Shown here: positions 51,701-64,000 of the stretch, piece by piece
How the letters are laid out: every line of letters starts with the position of its first letter
Numbering within the stretch: the stretch's first letter is position 1
Assembly (NCBI GenBank): GCA_964036045.1
Contig: OZ038378.1
Span: 141,980,001 to 142,044,000 of the forward strand
DNA: 64,000 nt
Direction of reading: 5' to 3'
Origin: Eutreptiella sp. 'Long Island Sound 2002'
Lineage: Eukaryota > Protista > Euglenida
The notes under the pieces: generated by a model
Told to the model about the DNA's origin: nothing
Databases searched by the model: none
The model's input: only the letters and a program-made list of their open reading frames with translations
Translations under genes and position numbers: made by a program

Positions 51701-52769
51701 AGTGGTTGGTGCACTGGAGCTGCCGTGGTCTATTGGCATCCGAGCTGCTAATGGTGGGTTGGTTGCGCTCCTGGCGGACCTGTGGGGCAATGCCATGTAT
51801 GCCAAAACCGAGGGGTCCACCACAAGTGCTGCGTCGGCGGTACTTGCCCCTGTCCGTGCGGTGCGGGGCCTACTGTATCTCTTGCTGATATGGATGTGGC
51901 GAAGGCTCAAAAGGAGATGGACGACAATGGGTCTGATGGTGACTCTACGGCCATTTCGTCCGCTTCGTGAGGATCCGGGGAGTCCCCGGCCTCTGCCAAG
52001 GGTGCAACAACTGGCCTGCCGCAACCACTGCATCCGAGTCCGTCTCCGCAAAGTTCACACCAGGATCCCAACCTCCGACCGGGGTTGGAGGAAGACGGAC
52101 GAGGCGTGCCACGACATCTGCCCAGGCCCCGGGAGTTGGTACGCCGGGTGGAGCTGACACCAACGCGCCGAGGGTCAAGAGGAGGGTCGTTGGTGTGGGC
52201 CGTTCCCTACTTATCCAACGGCATCATGCGGCGAGCGCGGCGGTGGGCTTGGGGTCTGCGAGGACCCGCCAACCTGCCCCCAAGAGACGGCATTCTGATG
52301 GGCTTTCAAGCGGGCCTGCCCGCAAAGCAGCTTCGCATCCCGAAAGTAAGCAGCAAGGCCAGGGCACGGGGCTGGATCCAGTAATGGAGGTGGCGGGGTC
52401 TCTCGGAAGTTCGCCCCCAGAGGGAGTGATTTGCGGATTCATCTTTGCCTGTGACCCAGTGCTGAGATCGGCGCGGGGGTCCTTGCAGGTGCTTACCCCT
52501 CGGATCAAGGGCTGCGGCCGTTGCTTTGGTGTGACCCGCTGTATGTTAGGTCTGAGCCAGTACCGCACTTTGTAGGTTTTTTGAGTATGTTCTTTTCTTT
52601 TGCCCTGGCTTCACCGGGCGTTGTCTTGTAGTGTGTTGTTGCTTATGCGGCGCTTGCATATGTTTGTCCAGCGTATGTTCGTCACCTGTGAGGATTTTCG
52701 GCTCAAGTCGGCGCCGGATATTTTTTTTGATGTCCCGAAGGATTTTACTCGGACTCCTAGGATGCCCTG

Positions 52770-54423
52770 TTGCACCTATCTACGTCACCCGTACCTCAGT
52801 TGGGCAAGGTGGATCCCCAGTTGGTTGGGCACGGGCTGGGTACAGTAGGTAATTATGCGATATCTGACGAGTTGTGGCACGAGATAGCCCCTGTGGAATT
52901 TCAGGCATCTGTTGCACAGTTTTCCTTGCCACGCGATGTTTACTCCCCAACTTGGGAGGACATGGTTTTACCCATGGTTTGTTGGCTCCTGGAGGCGGGG
53001 GTGGTGGACATTATGGATAGAGGCTGCACACCGAGGGCCACGTGCTGGCCTTTCAGAATACCTAAGACCACCGAGAAAGTGTCGCTAATTTTTAACTTGG
53101 TGGATTTGAATGAGGGTTTACAGAGGCCGGCATCGCTCTCTTTGGATGGGTGGGAGCAAATTTCGCGCAAGCTGGCAGAGTGGCCAGCGGAGAGACCGTT
53201 GTTTTGTACGCATGTTGATTTGAAAAACGCATTCCAGAGTTTTACATTGTTGTGGCGATATGCGAGGACTATTCATTTCCGTTTGCGGTGGGAGGGTGAA
53301 GATAGAATTTTTTGTATGTCTTGGATGCCATTCGGGTGGAAACACTCCCCGCTTTTTTGCTAGACAGCCCTCGGCCCTATCGTGCGGCCCCTGATACCAG
53401 GCGGTTACTTCCTTTTTATCTACCTGAATGATTTTCTCATCCTGGGGCCAGACCCGGTGTGGTTGCGCGCTATCACAGTGCGTGTGGTGCGGGCCTTGGA
53501 GGAGGCAGGGTTTCTCGTGTCGGCTAAACACACCTTGGAGCCAGTTACTGAGATTTTTTTCAAAGGTAAATACGTAAATTTAGGTGTGCGCACGGTCATG
53601 TCCCATCCACGGGCATTTCTACATATGTTTAATATTTGGTTGCGTTTGGCCACCCGATCCCGCCCTTCGGCCCGCTTGCTTTCTAAAGCCTTGGGGTTCA
53701 TCCACTTGCACTTCCGACCATGTTTGGGAGGGGGCCCCCTTCTTGCGGGAAGCTATTGTTGCGAGCGGTGGGGGGGGGTTTGAGCGCCCCACCCATTGCA
53801 AAGTACTCCATGGGTTATGTATTGCTATTGTCAGATGAATGGAGCCGTGGGAGCCGCCAGCGTTGGCACGCATTGCGATTTACCATTCTCTGTCGGCGGT
53901 GAGTGATTTGTGGGCAGTGCGTCACTGTGTGATGTTTGGTGATGCGGCGCTGGATATTATCCGATACCGGGGGGGGGGGGGGGTTATACCGCGATTGTTA
54001 GGTATTCGTTCGCAGGTTATTCCCCCGGAACAGCATACACAGCAAAGTGCCGGGCTTTGGGTTTTGGTTTGGCTTGTACGGTTGGCTGTGCAGCTGGGAT
54101 GGTGCTATGTCGTTTTAGTGACGCATTCACAAGTGGCGGCATGCCAGTTGTTTTCCCTGAGAGCTTCCACGTGGTTGAATAGGCAACAGCGACTTTTGCG
54201 TACCTTGGTGTTGCATCTGATGCAACATCACTTGGTTGTGGTGGTGCGCCTCGTGCTAGGGGCATTACAACCGGCTGATCTGCCAAGTAGGCTGGATTCG
54301 AATCATCAATCTAGTATGCAGCGTGCATGTAGCCAAGGTTATGGTTTGTGGTCGGTGCTGCTTCGTCATCCACAGGCAGTGCAGCAAGTGGGTGGTTTGA
54401 TCCTTTGTTGCCTCTTCTTTTGA
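52770..54423 (+). pseudogene. DIRS-type RT and RNase H (interrupted)
   Basis: FRIPK...SLIFNL, HVDLKNAF, MPFGWKHSP and FIYLNDFLI, followed by the RNase H motifs FGDAA, TQQSA and LQPADLPSR. Confidence 0.85.
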
Positions 54424-54453
54424 GTGCTTGTCTTGTGCATAGTGTCCGTTACT

Positions 54454-54915
54454 ATGCCACGTCGTGGTCGGCGCCGCCGGCACCTCAAGGGCCGCGAGCA
54501 CCATCGTCATTCGGCGCAGGCCCTCGAGCGTAGGCGGGAGCGTGCGTGTCTACACATGTGTGCAGTGCGCGCCAGGCGATTGGCGTGGAGACCGGTGGGA
54601 CGCATATGGTTGGGGACGCAGGCGCGGTTGGTGTTTGACAGGGCGTCTCCGCGCAACAAGGCGCCCAAGCTGTTGGAGTTGGCAGCGAAGGACTTGGGGC
54701 AGCGCCTCCAGTCCCACGGTGAGCAACTATTCAAGGTGTCGGGGAGCCCCAATGTTAAGGATGCCGGTAACCACCTTTGCAGGCATCGTTGGCGCGTACG
54801 CGTGGGCAATCACACCACATATCCATCGCTGTCCTCCAACCGCCGGATTGGGGGTGCTAAGTTGCCATACATTTGGGTGCCAGGCACTCAGTCGCTTGTG
54901 CGCCGTGTGGCATAG
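54454..54915 (+). CDS. 153-aa ORF with an Arg-rich N-terminus, downstream of RNase H; function unknown
   Basis: ATG at 54454, MPRRGRRRRHLKGREHHRH..., open to TAG at 54915. Confidence 0.4.
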   Translation: MPRRGRRRRHLKGREHHRHSAQALERRRERACLHMCAVRARRLAWRPVGRIWLGTQARLVFDRASPRNKAPKLLELAAKDLGQRLQSHGEQLFKVSGSPNVKDAGNHLCRHRWRVRVGNHTTYPSLSSNRRIGGAKLPYIWVPGTQSLVRRVA

Positions 54916-57900
54916 ATGTTTCATTCGCTGTGAGCTCAGGTGAGCCTTTTGGTGTGTTGCTCTGGCTATAAGGGGCCAGGCGCCGTGGCTGTTTAGCTGC
55001 TGGGCGGCCGGCGCTCATTGCTAGCCTGAGCAGCAATTTTGGCTGGTGTTGTGGTGTCACGCTTTGTTTGTGCGATATGGCAGTAGAAGATGAGGAATAC
55101 CAGAGGTGTAATGTTGAACTGATTTGGTGCTTTGTCTTGTGTGATCCCCTGTTTTACTTGCCCACTTATCTTTCTTGAGCAGGGGATCACATCTACTGTT
55201 GTGTACACATTTGTTGAAAATTTATTGTGTTCCCACCACCCGCCCCCACCCCCACTTTTTGTACAGTGGTACTCAGGTGTGTGTGTCGGTGGCGAGAGCC
55301 GATGAACTTTGGCTGCATGGTTTGGGTATTATTTGTTTGATGTTTTGAGGGGATTGGGGCGACTTGCATGCTGTGTCACATGTGTGTATGCTAGTGTGAG
55401 TTTGGGTTTGTGTGATGTCCCGAAGGCCCGGCGGGGTCCTTGGAGAGTGTCCACTAAGGCTTGTGGCACTTTGAGCATACATTCTTATGCATTTGATACT
55501 ATTGACAGCGCTGAGGGCGCTTGCTGCACTCTGAATTGTTGATCAGCCAAAGCTGTATTGTTGAACTAATTTGGTGCTTTGTGTTGTGGGATCCTCGGTG
55601 TTGCTCCCCGCGGGCCGGGGGAGAGCCGCCAACCTACACTACCCCTGTCAGGCGTACCAAGACCGACTTGAAAGAGTGGTATGGTGCCAAGACCAACTCG
55701 ATAGAGTGGTATGGTGCAGTACTTGAGCAAGTACCTTCTGAATCCATAGGCTCTTGGCATCCCCTTGGTTGGTTATCACGTATGTTTGACGCGTTAGTGG
55801 TCATGCCACTGTCAGAAACCAGCTCTTGCATTTCCATGTATGCTCAAGTGGAGGCAAGCAGGAGAAGCCATGAGGGACGGACATTGTGGGTTCTAGGGCA
55901 AAGATTACTCCCCGTTATCTGTGACTGCAGCTAGTGTGCCGTCATGCCCCGGAGCAATCGAGAGATACCCGGCGGTATGGTGTGGGCAGCGCTAAGGTAG
56001 ATGCCCACTGCAGTGGATGCGTTGTGGAAAACCGAGATGCCTAGACACAAGTGCGAACATCGTTGCACTAGAGGCCCACGGTTCTGAAGCCTTGCAGATA
56101 TGTGGGGTGCCTAGTCACTAGCAGCCCCAAGAGCGGTGCGAAAGGTGGGAGAGGTGCACCAGGTGCCATGTGCTCACGAGACCGGGGCCCAAGTGGATGA
56201 GTAGGATGTGCATGACCGACAAATCCCCAGGGAGCCACAATGCTGAGGTGGAGTGGGAACAAAGTATGTCGACATGATGATCGGGACCAGCTGCCACACG
56301 CAAGGTGCTAGATGCCCACAGCCGTGTATGCCCCATTAGTGAGCAGGATGCCTAGTCACATGATGCGAGAGGCAGTGTGCTACAAGTCAAACAACGTTGT
56401 TACCCCGTGAGTGGGATGCCTCGTCACTAGCGGTGTGCTAGATGCTCATAGGACTGGAGCAGTGTAGACATGTGCCGCAACAAAGGTGGGTAGTGCCCAT
56501 GGGTGTGGGGTATGGGTGTGGGGCTTGGGTGTGTGGCATGGCCGTGGGGCATGGGTGTGGGTGTGGGGCGTGGGCGGCATTGATTTGTAGCATTGGTGTG
56601 GGGGGTATGGATGTGGGGCATGGGTGTGTGGCATGGGTGTGTGCCTTGGCCATTTACCTTGTCTTTCCTTGCCTTCGATTGCCATGGTTATTCTTTCGCA
56701 CCGGCAAAAGAAATCAAAACAAACCGCCATCTAGCTTACCATGCTATGGCATCATGAGCTCGCTAGAAACTACCAAACATCCATGCTCCTTCTTTGGCCT
56801 CACTGTCCATGAGCTGATTTTCCTGAGATATCCAATCTTGTTGTTGAGACTCATGCTAGGCGGGTACCCATCCCCACTAGGTGGGCGCCGCTCTTTGTGC
56901 CTTGCGGTGTCCATAATGGCCTTGGTTGACTCTTTCCCAATTTTGGCATGCTTCCCTACCGGCCTTGCGTTGGGACAAATGGACATGTTGTCTTGCAGCT
57001 CGTAGGACACGAGGTGATAGTTGATCTCAGGAAGCTATCTACCCACCTGCTTATCTACGAACCTATTGTGGTAAAAATCACTAGTGCGCCATAGTGTGTC
57101 AACACATGCCATTAAGGCACTAGCCAAGAGAGCATGGAGTAGGGTGTCCCCAAGGGAAGCCCAATAAGCATGGCAACGGCTGCAACTATAGGCAATACGC
57201 GATTGGGAGGACATGGAGCCCGTACGCCAATGCCCCAAAATGGGAGTGGCAAACAACAACACTGTGGTCAGTGTGGTTTATAATGTGAGAGTGCACGCCA
57301 CCTGAATTCCATGAGGATGAGGGCGACGACACTTAGAGTGCAAGTGTAGGTCCAAGAAATGCGCGGCATCCTCATTAGTGAAGGGGCCCAAGAAGGCAGA
57401 GTGGCCCCAACATGGGGAGAAGTCCGAGTGTTGGGGAAGCACCAAGTAGACCTATTGTGGTCCCATCTAGCGAGAGCGCCATCCCTACAAGATGGGTACA
57501 TAGCCGGTAGGACAATTTGGCCAATGTGGATTGGTATCAGCCCAGTGCAAGGGGTCAGGGTGCCTTTAGGAAAGGGAGAGGTAAACTATACCAAGGTGAT
57601 AATGTTTTGGGTGTTGGAAGCAGCACACACCATTGTAGGTGGGGGAACGGCATTTGCTAGAGCACCGCATGCCTGTCACAGTGCTGCATGGGTGGCATGC
57701 GGGAACCAACCACGAGGTTGCAAGGGGTCACACGCTCAAGAGGATGAGGGATGGGCCACAACTCCCATTAAAAGTATGGTGGCAATTGTGTCCCGTCATT
57801 CGTGCCCAGTTAGACAGCGCGTTGGTGCTACTTCAACACACCCCGAGTGGAGTACAAGTAGTGACATGGAACCGCGGAGTGCCGAGGAGTGGGAGGCAAC

Positions 57901-59868
57901 ATAGCATAAATCTTTAGAGCAGTAGGGAGCGCAAGGGCGTGGGGTGTATGGGTGCATGGTTGGATACCAGTTGGGTTGGACAGGATACAACAATGATTGT
58001 GGGGTTCATCTATGGTGTTTGATTGTAGACGGAGTTCACGTGCTGTGTGTCATCAAGGATAATGCGATGGGGGTGCAACCAGATGTGCATAGTACCATTT
58101 CCGGCTTCTCATAAGCCAGTCCTCTGAGTCACCCAGCACGGATGGTCACATTCTGTCCCGAGACCATGGCACAAATGCCTGGCGCGAGTCACAACAATCA
58201 AAGGGCCAAGGATGTACGGGAGGCCTGAAGGGGTGCCCATACCATTGGAGCCAACTGTACACCTGCTTGAAAAGCACCGTGCGCAAAGGTGCTTCGGTAA
58301 GGGGACAACACAATAGTGCAGTAAGCGGCTCCAAATATGCCTAGGAATTGTGAGCACCTCCCCACCTAAGACTAAGAGGCCAGTTGTCCAAAGTCATTTT
58401 CCTTGATTTTCCCAAGACACCTGCGTGTATGGCGGTTGTGAGATCAGAGAACTAGCATGGGAGTGTGTATTGCACCCACCCACTACATGTATGTGTAATA
58501 TACGAGAGCTATCGATGATGGTGTAGAGTACATTGAAGTGTACAATGCATGGAGGCAGTTGAGCTGCTACAATTACATGCTAGGTGATGACTGCCTATTT
58601 CCATGTTGTCCCTCGAAGACAGATCCGAGCAAAAATTTTGGTGAGTATATGTGGGTGTGACTGACTAAGCTTGGTGAATGCAGTGCGTCTTCGAGCAACT
58701 CGGCACTTGTAGCCTGTAATGGGTTGTTCAACAATCATCCCGTGCGCCGTACATCAAAAGTGGGAGCAATGCAGAGATCAATTGAAAGAAAACCATAGAA
58801 AAGTACGTGTCTTGTGTAGGGCGACAAATAGGGACAAAATGATACAAAATGATAAGGTGTGTAGCAATGTGTGAAAAGCCCGACTTGCCGGCTAGGCGCG
58901 TGCCCCACCCTCTTGTTCTCTCTCTTGCTTGGGCTCCACTGTCAGGGCCTTAGTGGTCTCTGCGTCGTCCGGCACAAGTGCTCTTTTGGCTTTCCCCGCA
59001 TCATCTTTGGCATACTTCCAACTCCTTTGCATGGATGAGGATCAGGGATGTCGATAAGAGCACGGTCACCTTTGTATTTGGGGAGGGGGGGGGGACTTCA
59101 GTCTTTTGTGACTCAGTGACACACCGGGAGTGACACAATGACAATGATAGTCACAATGGTAGTGGCAGTGGCAGTTGCAGTAACAATGACAGTGACAACG
59201 GTTTTGTCATGGAATTGGGGTCCCCCGTTTATTGGGGGGACCCGCTTTGTGTACTCTATCAGTCACTCACAGGCCAACATACTCCTTAAATCATGTGCAA
59301 CACCCATGACTTGTCCAGTGTTGCATGTTCTAGGTGGGGCCAAGTTTGTTGGTACGTGCAACTTCCGTGAACCCCAAAACTTGCAGCCTAGTCGGCTGTG
59401 GTGAATCGTGTCCCTCGTCACTCGTCACTCTGGGGTGTCCAGAGGGGGGGGGTAGGGTGGGGGGTTATCCGCATCCCTGATGAGGATGCAGCACCCTAGG
59501 GTCCCTCAAGCATCTTCACTTCTTGTTAATTTTGTCATTCCTATTCTTGGCAACATTGCTTGTCCCTCTTTGTGTCCACTGCTCTTTGTGCTCCCGCTTT
59601 CTCCTCTTCCTTTGCCTGTCAATACTTTTTGATGGTCTGCACAAATATTTTCCCCACCGCAAGAGCACCGGCATTGGTGTGCACATTGTGCCCGCCAGTG
59701 CGTGAGTGGGAAGTACATGAGAGGTGTTGATGCTAGTGTAGAGTGTAGTGATGTATATTACGTATGTGTGATACTCGTGCCCGTGGGCCTAGCGACGTCG
59801 GCCTATCCATGGGCAGCTCAGCACGTGCTGCCTACAGTGGGCGGTGCAGCAGTTGCCAAGTATGCTAC

Positions 59869-60128
59869 GCATCAAACATGGGCAAGATGCGGTCATCAAC
59901 AAATGCGCATGACATGCCATGCATCAAACATGGGCAAGATGCGGTCATCAGCAAATGCGAATGACATGCCATGCATCAAACATGGGCAAGATGCGGTCAT
60001 CAGCAAATGCGAATGACATGCCATGCATCAAACATGGGCAAGATGCGGTCATCAGCAAATGCGAATGACATGCCATGCATCAAACATGGGCAAGATGCGG
60101 TCATCAGCAAATGCGAATGACATGCCAT
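59869..60128. repeat. 52-bp tandem repeat, 5 copies
   Basis: gcatcaaacatgggcaagatgcggtcatcagcaaatgcgaatgacatgccat starts at 59869, 59921, 59973, 60025 and 60077. Confidence 0.97.
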
Positions 60129-60507
60129 TGCGTCTTGTGCAGGGGACCAGGGGACCAGGAGGGTTGGTATGCTGGGCCTTACAGCAATGTGGAATCAGTC
60201 CAATGCTTGGCAGTGTATAGAGGGCTAATGATGCCTCAGCATGTTGCGACAGGTGGCAGTTTGCTTTGTTTTCTTTGGCTGCAGTGCAAGGGAAGTGCAA
60301 CAGAAATAAGATTCTAGTAAGGGACATGTACAGGGAAAGAGGACCACCAGAAGAGAAGATGGGTAATCTCTGGGAGGGGACTAGTGACCAAATCAAGCCA
60401 AAGCGGTTTTTGACTAAATAAAACAAAACAAAAACCCCATGCCACACACTCATGCCCCGCACCCATGCCCCACACCGTTGCCCCACATAGTTGCCCATTT
60501 TCACTAG

Positions 60508-60770
60508 GGTACTGCTTCTGCATCCTGTGGATCAGCGCATGCATCGTGCTGCAGTTGGCGCTGGTGTCCACCATCTCCGATGACACGGGCCTTGAATCCG
60601 GGAACGTCACCTCCAAATTGGTCGTGTTATGGGTGCTGACGTTCATTCTGGATTTCTGGCTTATCCAACCCCTCTTCATTTGCCTCCTGAAGTGGGCCAA
60701 GTGGGCCAGCTGGTCCCTCAGTCACCACCAGGATACAGAGCTGTTTTGGTGGCTGCAGTGGCTGAGCTAA
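60508..60770 (+). CDS. Host gene last coding exon: PKD1-type TM4/TM5-like helices and stop codon
   Basis: ttttcactag acceptor, phase 1 matching the donor at 46483. Encodes GYCFCILWISACIVLQLALV...LWVLTFILDFWLIQPLFICLLKW...WLS*. Confidence 0.75.
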
Positions 60771-61277
60771 AGGAATTGTAATGTGGTTGCAACAGCCCTG
60801 CTCTTCTCTTCATTCCCTCTACACTAAGGGTAAGGAAGGGGAGGGGAGCTGTGAGAGGGGGCGCACCGGGCAATGCAAGTTAAGCGAGGGGGTCTTGTTT
60901 TGGGGGGGAGGTCTAGCCAGAGGGCTGTATCGACCCCGCCCCCCCTGACCCCCACTTGAAAGCCTGCCCACCCATGGGGCACCCAGTTGCAGGCCACCAC
61001 CAGGCTTGCAGCGAGTACCTGGGCGCCAGGGCTCACCCGGATGCAGATGCACCCTCCCACTCCGCCCAGGTCTGCCTGGAGGCACCCTGCAACTCTGCCC
61101 GGCTCTGCCCACATACAACACGTGTGGTGTCCCTGGCTGAGGAGAAATGTTCCACATTGTTTCACACACTTTCTTGCACCCGCAAGCCTTCTGGGGGCAT
61201 TTCTGCACAGCGCACACACAGCGCAGGCACAGCGTCCAGGACTTCAATCGGCCCTTGCCCTCGTAAATAGTACAGTT

Positions 61278-61318
<41 letters not shown>

Positions 61319-61320
61319 AC

Positions 61321-61382
<62 letters not shown>

Positions 61383-62659
61383 CCTGCCATTGCCTTGTGC
61401 ACGGGGAAATGTTCAGGGTCGTGTGCAGTTTATTGTTATAATAAAAGCCAGAATAGCTGCACCCCAAAAGCACCGCGGCAGATGGCCTTGCCAACAGTCC
61501 AGCATTCACCCGGATCGAAACCCAACCCTCCCATCTCCCTCTGCCAAAAAAAATGCCGTGTGGAGTGTGATGTACAGGACAAGCCATTGTCGGCACCAGA
61601 GCTATGAGGCCCCTGTGCAGCGCTTGTGGAATCCCACAAAGGTTTCAGGGGAAATGCCACCAACCGTCCTTCTTGACCCCATGTTGGCCCGGTGCTCACC
61701 GTGCGTTGCCCTGTGGTGCTGCCCCCAAAGTGGAACCCCAAACACGGGCAGAAACACTCCATCCGGTTTCATCGCTTCCAAACTGCCAACATGAGCCGGT
61801 TTTCAGTGTATTTTTTAGCCATGGCCATTTCCCGTCCAGGAGCATGACACAAAGCGACCCAACCAAAGGCAGAATGTGCTTGGCGACCTGAAATTCACCG
61901 AAGGACCACCGTGCTACCCCCCGCGCACTTACGCTTGCACGGCTTTATCTAACCCCCCCCCCCCGCCTTGAAAAGTAACCGCGACGGGAGCTGGCACCAG
62001 GGAAAACGGCCACCAGGCTCAGCGGCATGGCGGTGCTTCATGTGGAGCGCGCGGCCAATGGCGGTGGACACCGTACGGCGCTCATCCCGGGGTGGGGGCA
62101 GAAACCAGGGGGACAAAATAGCTTCTGGGGAGCCCAGGGGCTCATCCCCCCTGCCTCCCGGCCATGAAACAACATGCCATGTGCGTGGCTCAAGCCCAAT
62201 TGTTTTTTCGAAGATGCTGTGCAGGCAGATTGTGCGATCAGCCCTTACCCTGGACCACCGCTACTGTGACGCTGTGCGGCTATGGACAGCTCTGTGGCCG
62301 GGGTCCTGCCGTGTGGCAGGTGAGGTTGGGGTCGGCGTGCATCCACCCCCCCCCCCCTCGCACGGCGAGCGGCCTCTCCGAGACGTGCTTGGGGCAGGGC
62401 CCAGCTAATGCAGCCGCATTGATTGGGGCTGGGCCCCTGCTGCTGCAGCCGCCCGTGCAGTGCGGCACGACAAAACGATCCCCCAATGGATTTTTTGATT
62501 TTGAGCCCTGTGTCCCCCCGAAACTGGATACCACGTTTTAGGGGGGTGGGGGTGGGGGTGGGAGTGTCGGGCGGGGGGGGGAGGAGTCAAAAGTTTGTGC
62601 TTTGGAGGATTGGAACCAGGGCTGGGTAAAACAGCTAAAGGACTGGGCAGCCGGCGTTG

Positions 62660-62735
62660 GCGACCGCCGCCCAGGAATCGAACCAACAATCATCGAACTG
62701 TTGGCCGACTGTTCAACCACTCGGCCAATGAGCCT
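62660..62735 (-). mobile_element. tRNA-derived SINE-like head
   Basis: On the minus strand, A box TGGCCGAGTGG (62727-17) and B box GGTTCGATTCC (62684-74). It does not form a cloverleaf. Confidence 0.5.
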
Positions 62736-63086
62736 TGTTGCTCCCCATTGCTTGTAGCTGTAGGTTCCCACCGAAAGCCAAAGTGTGTGTTTCTGCCTAC
62801 CTGTCTGCCTGCCTGCTTGCCTGACTGACTACCTGATTGACTGCTTGCCTGACTGACTGACTGATTGGCTGACTGTTAGCCTAGCTGACTCTAAGTGCCT
62901 TGTTGAAGGCAATAAAATTTACTTAGAAGCTTGAGCTTGAGCTTCTCCTGTGTGTTGGTTGGTTGGACAAGGTAGTATTAGCGGTGCATTGCTGTGTACT
63001 TGAAATTTCTTGCATCCAAGGCACTACACTGTACCCTATGTCATGCAGAACACTTAGTTTTTCGCAATTTCAGCCATGGATGTCGA

Positions 63087-63499
63087 CAGGGCGGTCGTTA
63101 AGGAACCAGATTTTTTTTTTCTGAGGACCGCCCTTAAGGAACCAAGGGACCACCAACCGCCAACCGCCAACTCCCATCAACCGCCAACCGCCACCAACCA
63201 TCAACCACCGCCAACCGCCACCAACCGCCAACCACCAACCGCCGCCAACCGCCAGCGGCAACCAACCGCCAAGTGCCAACCACTGCCAACCGCCACCAAC
63301 CACCAATCACCAATCACCAACCACCACCAACCACCACCAACCGCCACCAACCGCCAGTTGCCAACTGCCAACCACCAACCGCCGCCAACCGCCAACCGCC
63401 AACCGCCACCAACCATGGTGGAGCACATGGAGTGCCCGTGGGCTTTTTTGGGAAAACTGGTACCGGAACACTTTTTTTTTTCCGTTAAGGACCGCCCTG
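63087..63499. mobile_element. MITE with internal (CCAACCGCCA)-type repeats
   Basis: TIRs cagggcggtcgttaa (63087-101) and ttaaggaccgccctg (63485-99), matching at 14/15. Confidence 0.65.
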
Positions 63500-63592
63500 G
63501 ATGTCAATCGCTTTTCTGCACCCCCCCCCCCCCTATCACTCCCTCCCGCTGATGAGCCAAAGGCTGTGCAGCTCACTAGTGAATCTAGCCCT

Positions 63593-63684
63593 CCGAAACG
63601 ATGTGCTTGTCTTGCTTGCAGTGCTTGAAAAAGCCTGTCCGAAACGATGTGCTTGTCTTGCTTGCAGTGCTTGAAAAAGCCTGT
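63593..63684. repeat. 46-bp tandem duplication
   Basis: ccgaaacgatgtgcttgtcttgcttgcagtgcttgaaaaagcctgt at 63593 and 63639. Confidence 0.95.
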
Positions 63685-64000
63685 CAAGCAGCGTTGTAAA
63701 GCCTTGAGGTTGCGTTTTCGCTAATGCAAAATTGTATTTCACGCGTGATGTTCCTGAGCCAACCTGTTTGCCGTAGGGGTTGGAGCCTCCCTGTCAAACC
63801 TGCTCCCAAAAAAAGCTGCCAAACTTCGTGCCAAACCCCCAACCAAGAGTGCAGCCAAACCTGCTGCCCAGGTGGAGGATTGGGTGTTCGTGAGGCGGTT
63901 GTAGAGGGAAAGAAGGGTTCATTAATGTCTATGATTGTTCATTGTGGTCATAAAAGCATTCTACCACACATTGCAGCCAAATGTTGTTTCGGTGTGATTC

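Larger units (their letters stand above)
50080..54960 (+). mobile_element. Decayed tyrosine-recombinase retrotransposon in gag-YR-RT-RNaseH order (VIPER/TATE-like)
   Basis: YR, RT and RNase H motifs are colinear but broken by stops and frameshifts. Boundaries are approximate. Confidence 0.75.

Noticed and set aside
56740-58700. Decayed LINE on the minus strand (PSGDGYPP, NARPV), plus APE-like LQSGSLNNTRG near 49830
   Set aside because: The motifs are in the wrong order or isolated, and no RT core can be recovered.
61436-61540. Kinase subdomain-I-like WTVGKAICRGAFG on the minus strand, and GST-like YELYYLRGQG near 61250
   Set aside because: These are isolated short resemblances with no other kinase or GST motifs nearby.
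63549-63613. Type I hammerhead-like CTGATGA-GCC-AAA-GGC ... CGAAAC...GTC
   Set aside because: About 30 nt separate stem II from GAAA, and stem I does not pair. At best it is a decayed remnant.

Overview
Eukaryotic, repeat-rich genomic DNA. It is probably from a large-genome protist; the VIPER/TATE-like element suggests Euglenozoa, but this is inference. One + strand gene with GT-AG introns appears to span almost the whole window (<1-60770). Nine exons can be joined with consistent phases. They encode a polycystin-1/REJ-like membrane protein: a Thr/Ser/Pro mucin stalk, SEA-like and REJ-like segments, PKD1-type TM helices, and a ~900-aa loop ending in a beta-helix-like domain. There is no channel domain. 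Exons are probably missing in a 200-N gap (12233-12432). The introns (up to 25 kb) are filled with satellites, microsatellites, MITEs and retroelements. The standout is an apparently intact, recent Penelope-like retroelement (32303-38628) inserted in (TG)n. It has ~318-bp direct repeats, a separate Gag-like ORF1 (five zinc knuckles plus a coiled coil), and a canonical -1 slippery site with a candidate pseudoknot joining ORF1 to a GIY-YIG-RT ORF2. Its RT catalytic motif reads FRDN, its repeats carry circularly permuted hammerhead-like cores, and its 3' region has a tRNA-like A/B box. Also present are a decayed relative of this element, a decayed gag-YR-RT-RNaseH element with an extra Arg-rich ORF, and a TA-TSD TIR element carrying a PIP-box ORF.
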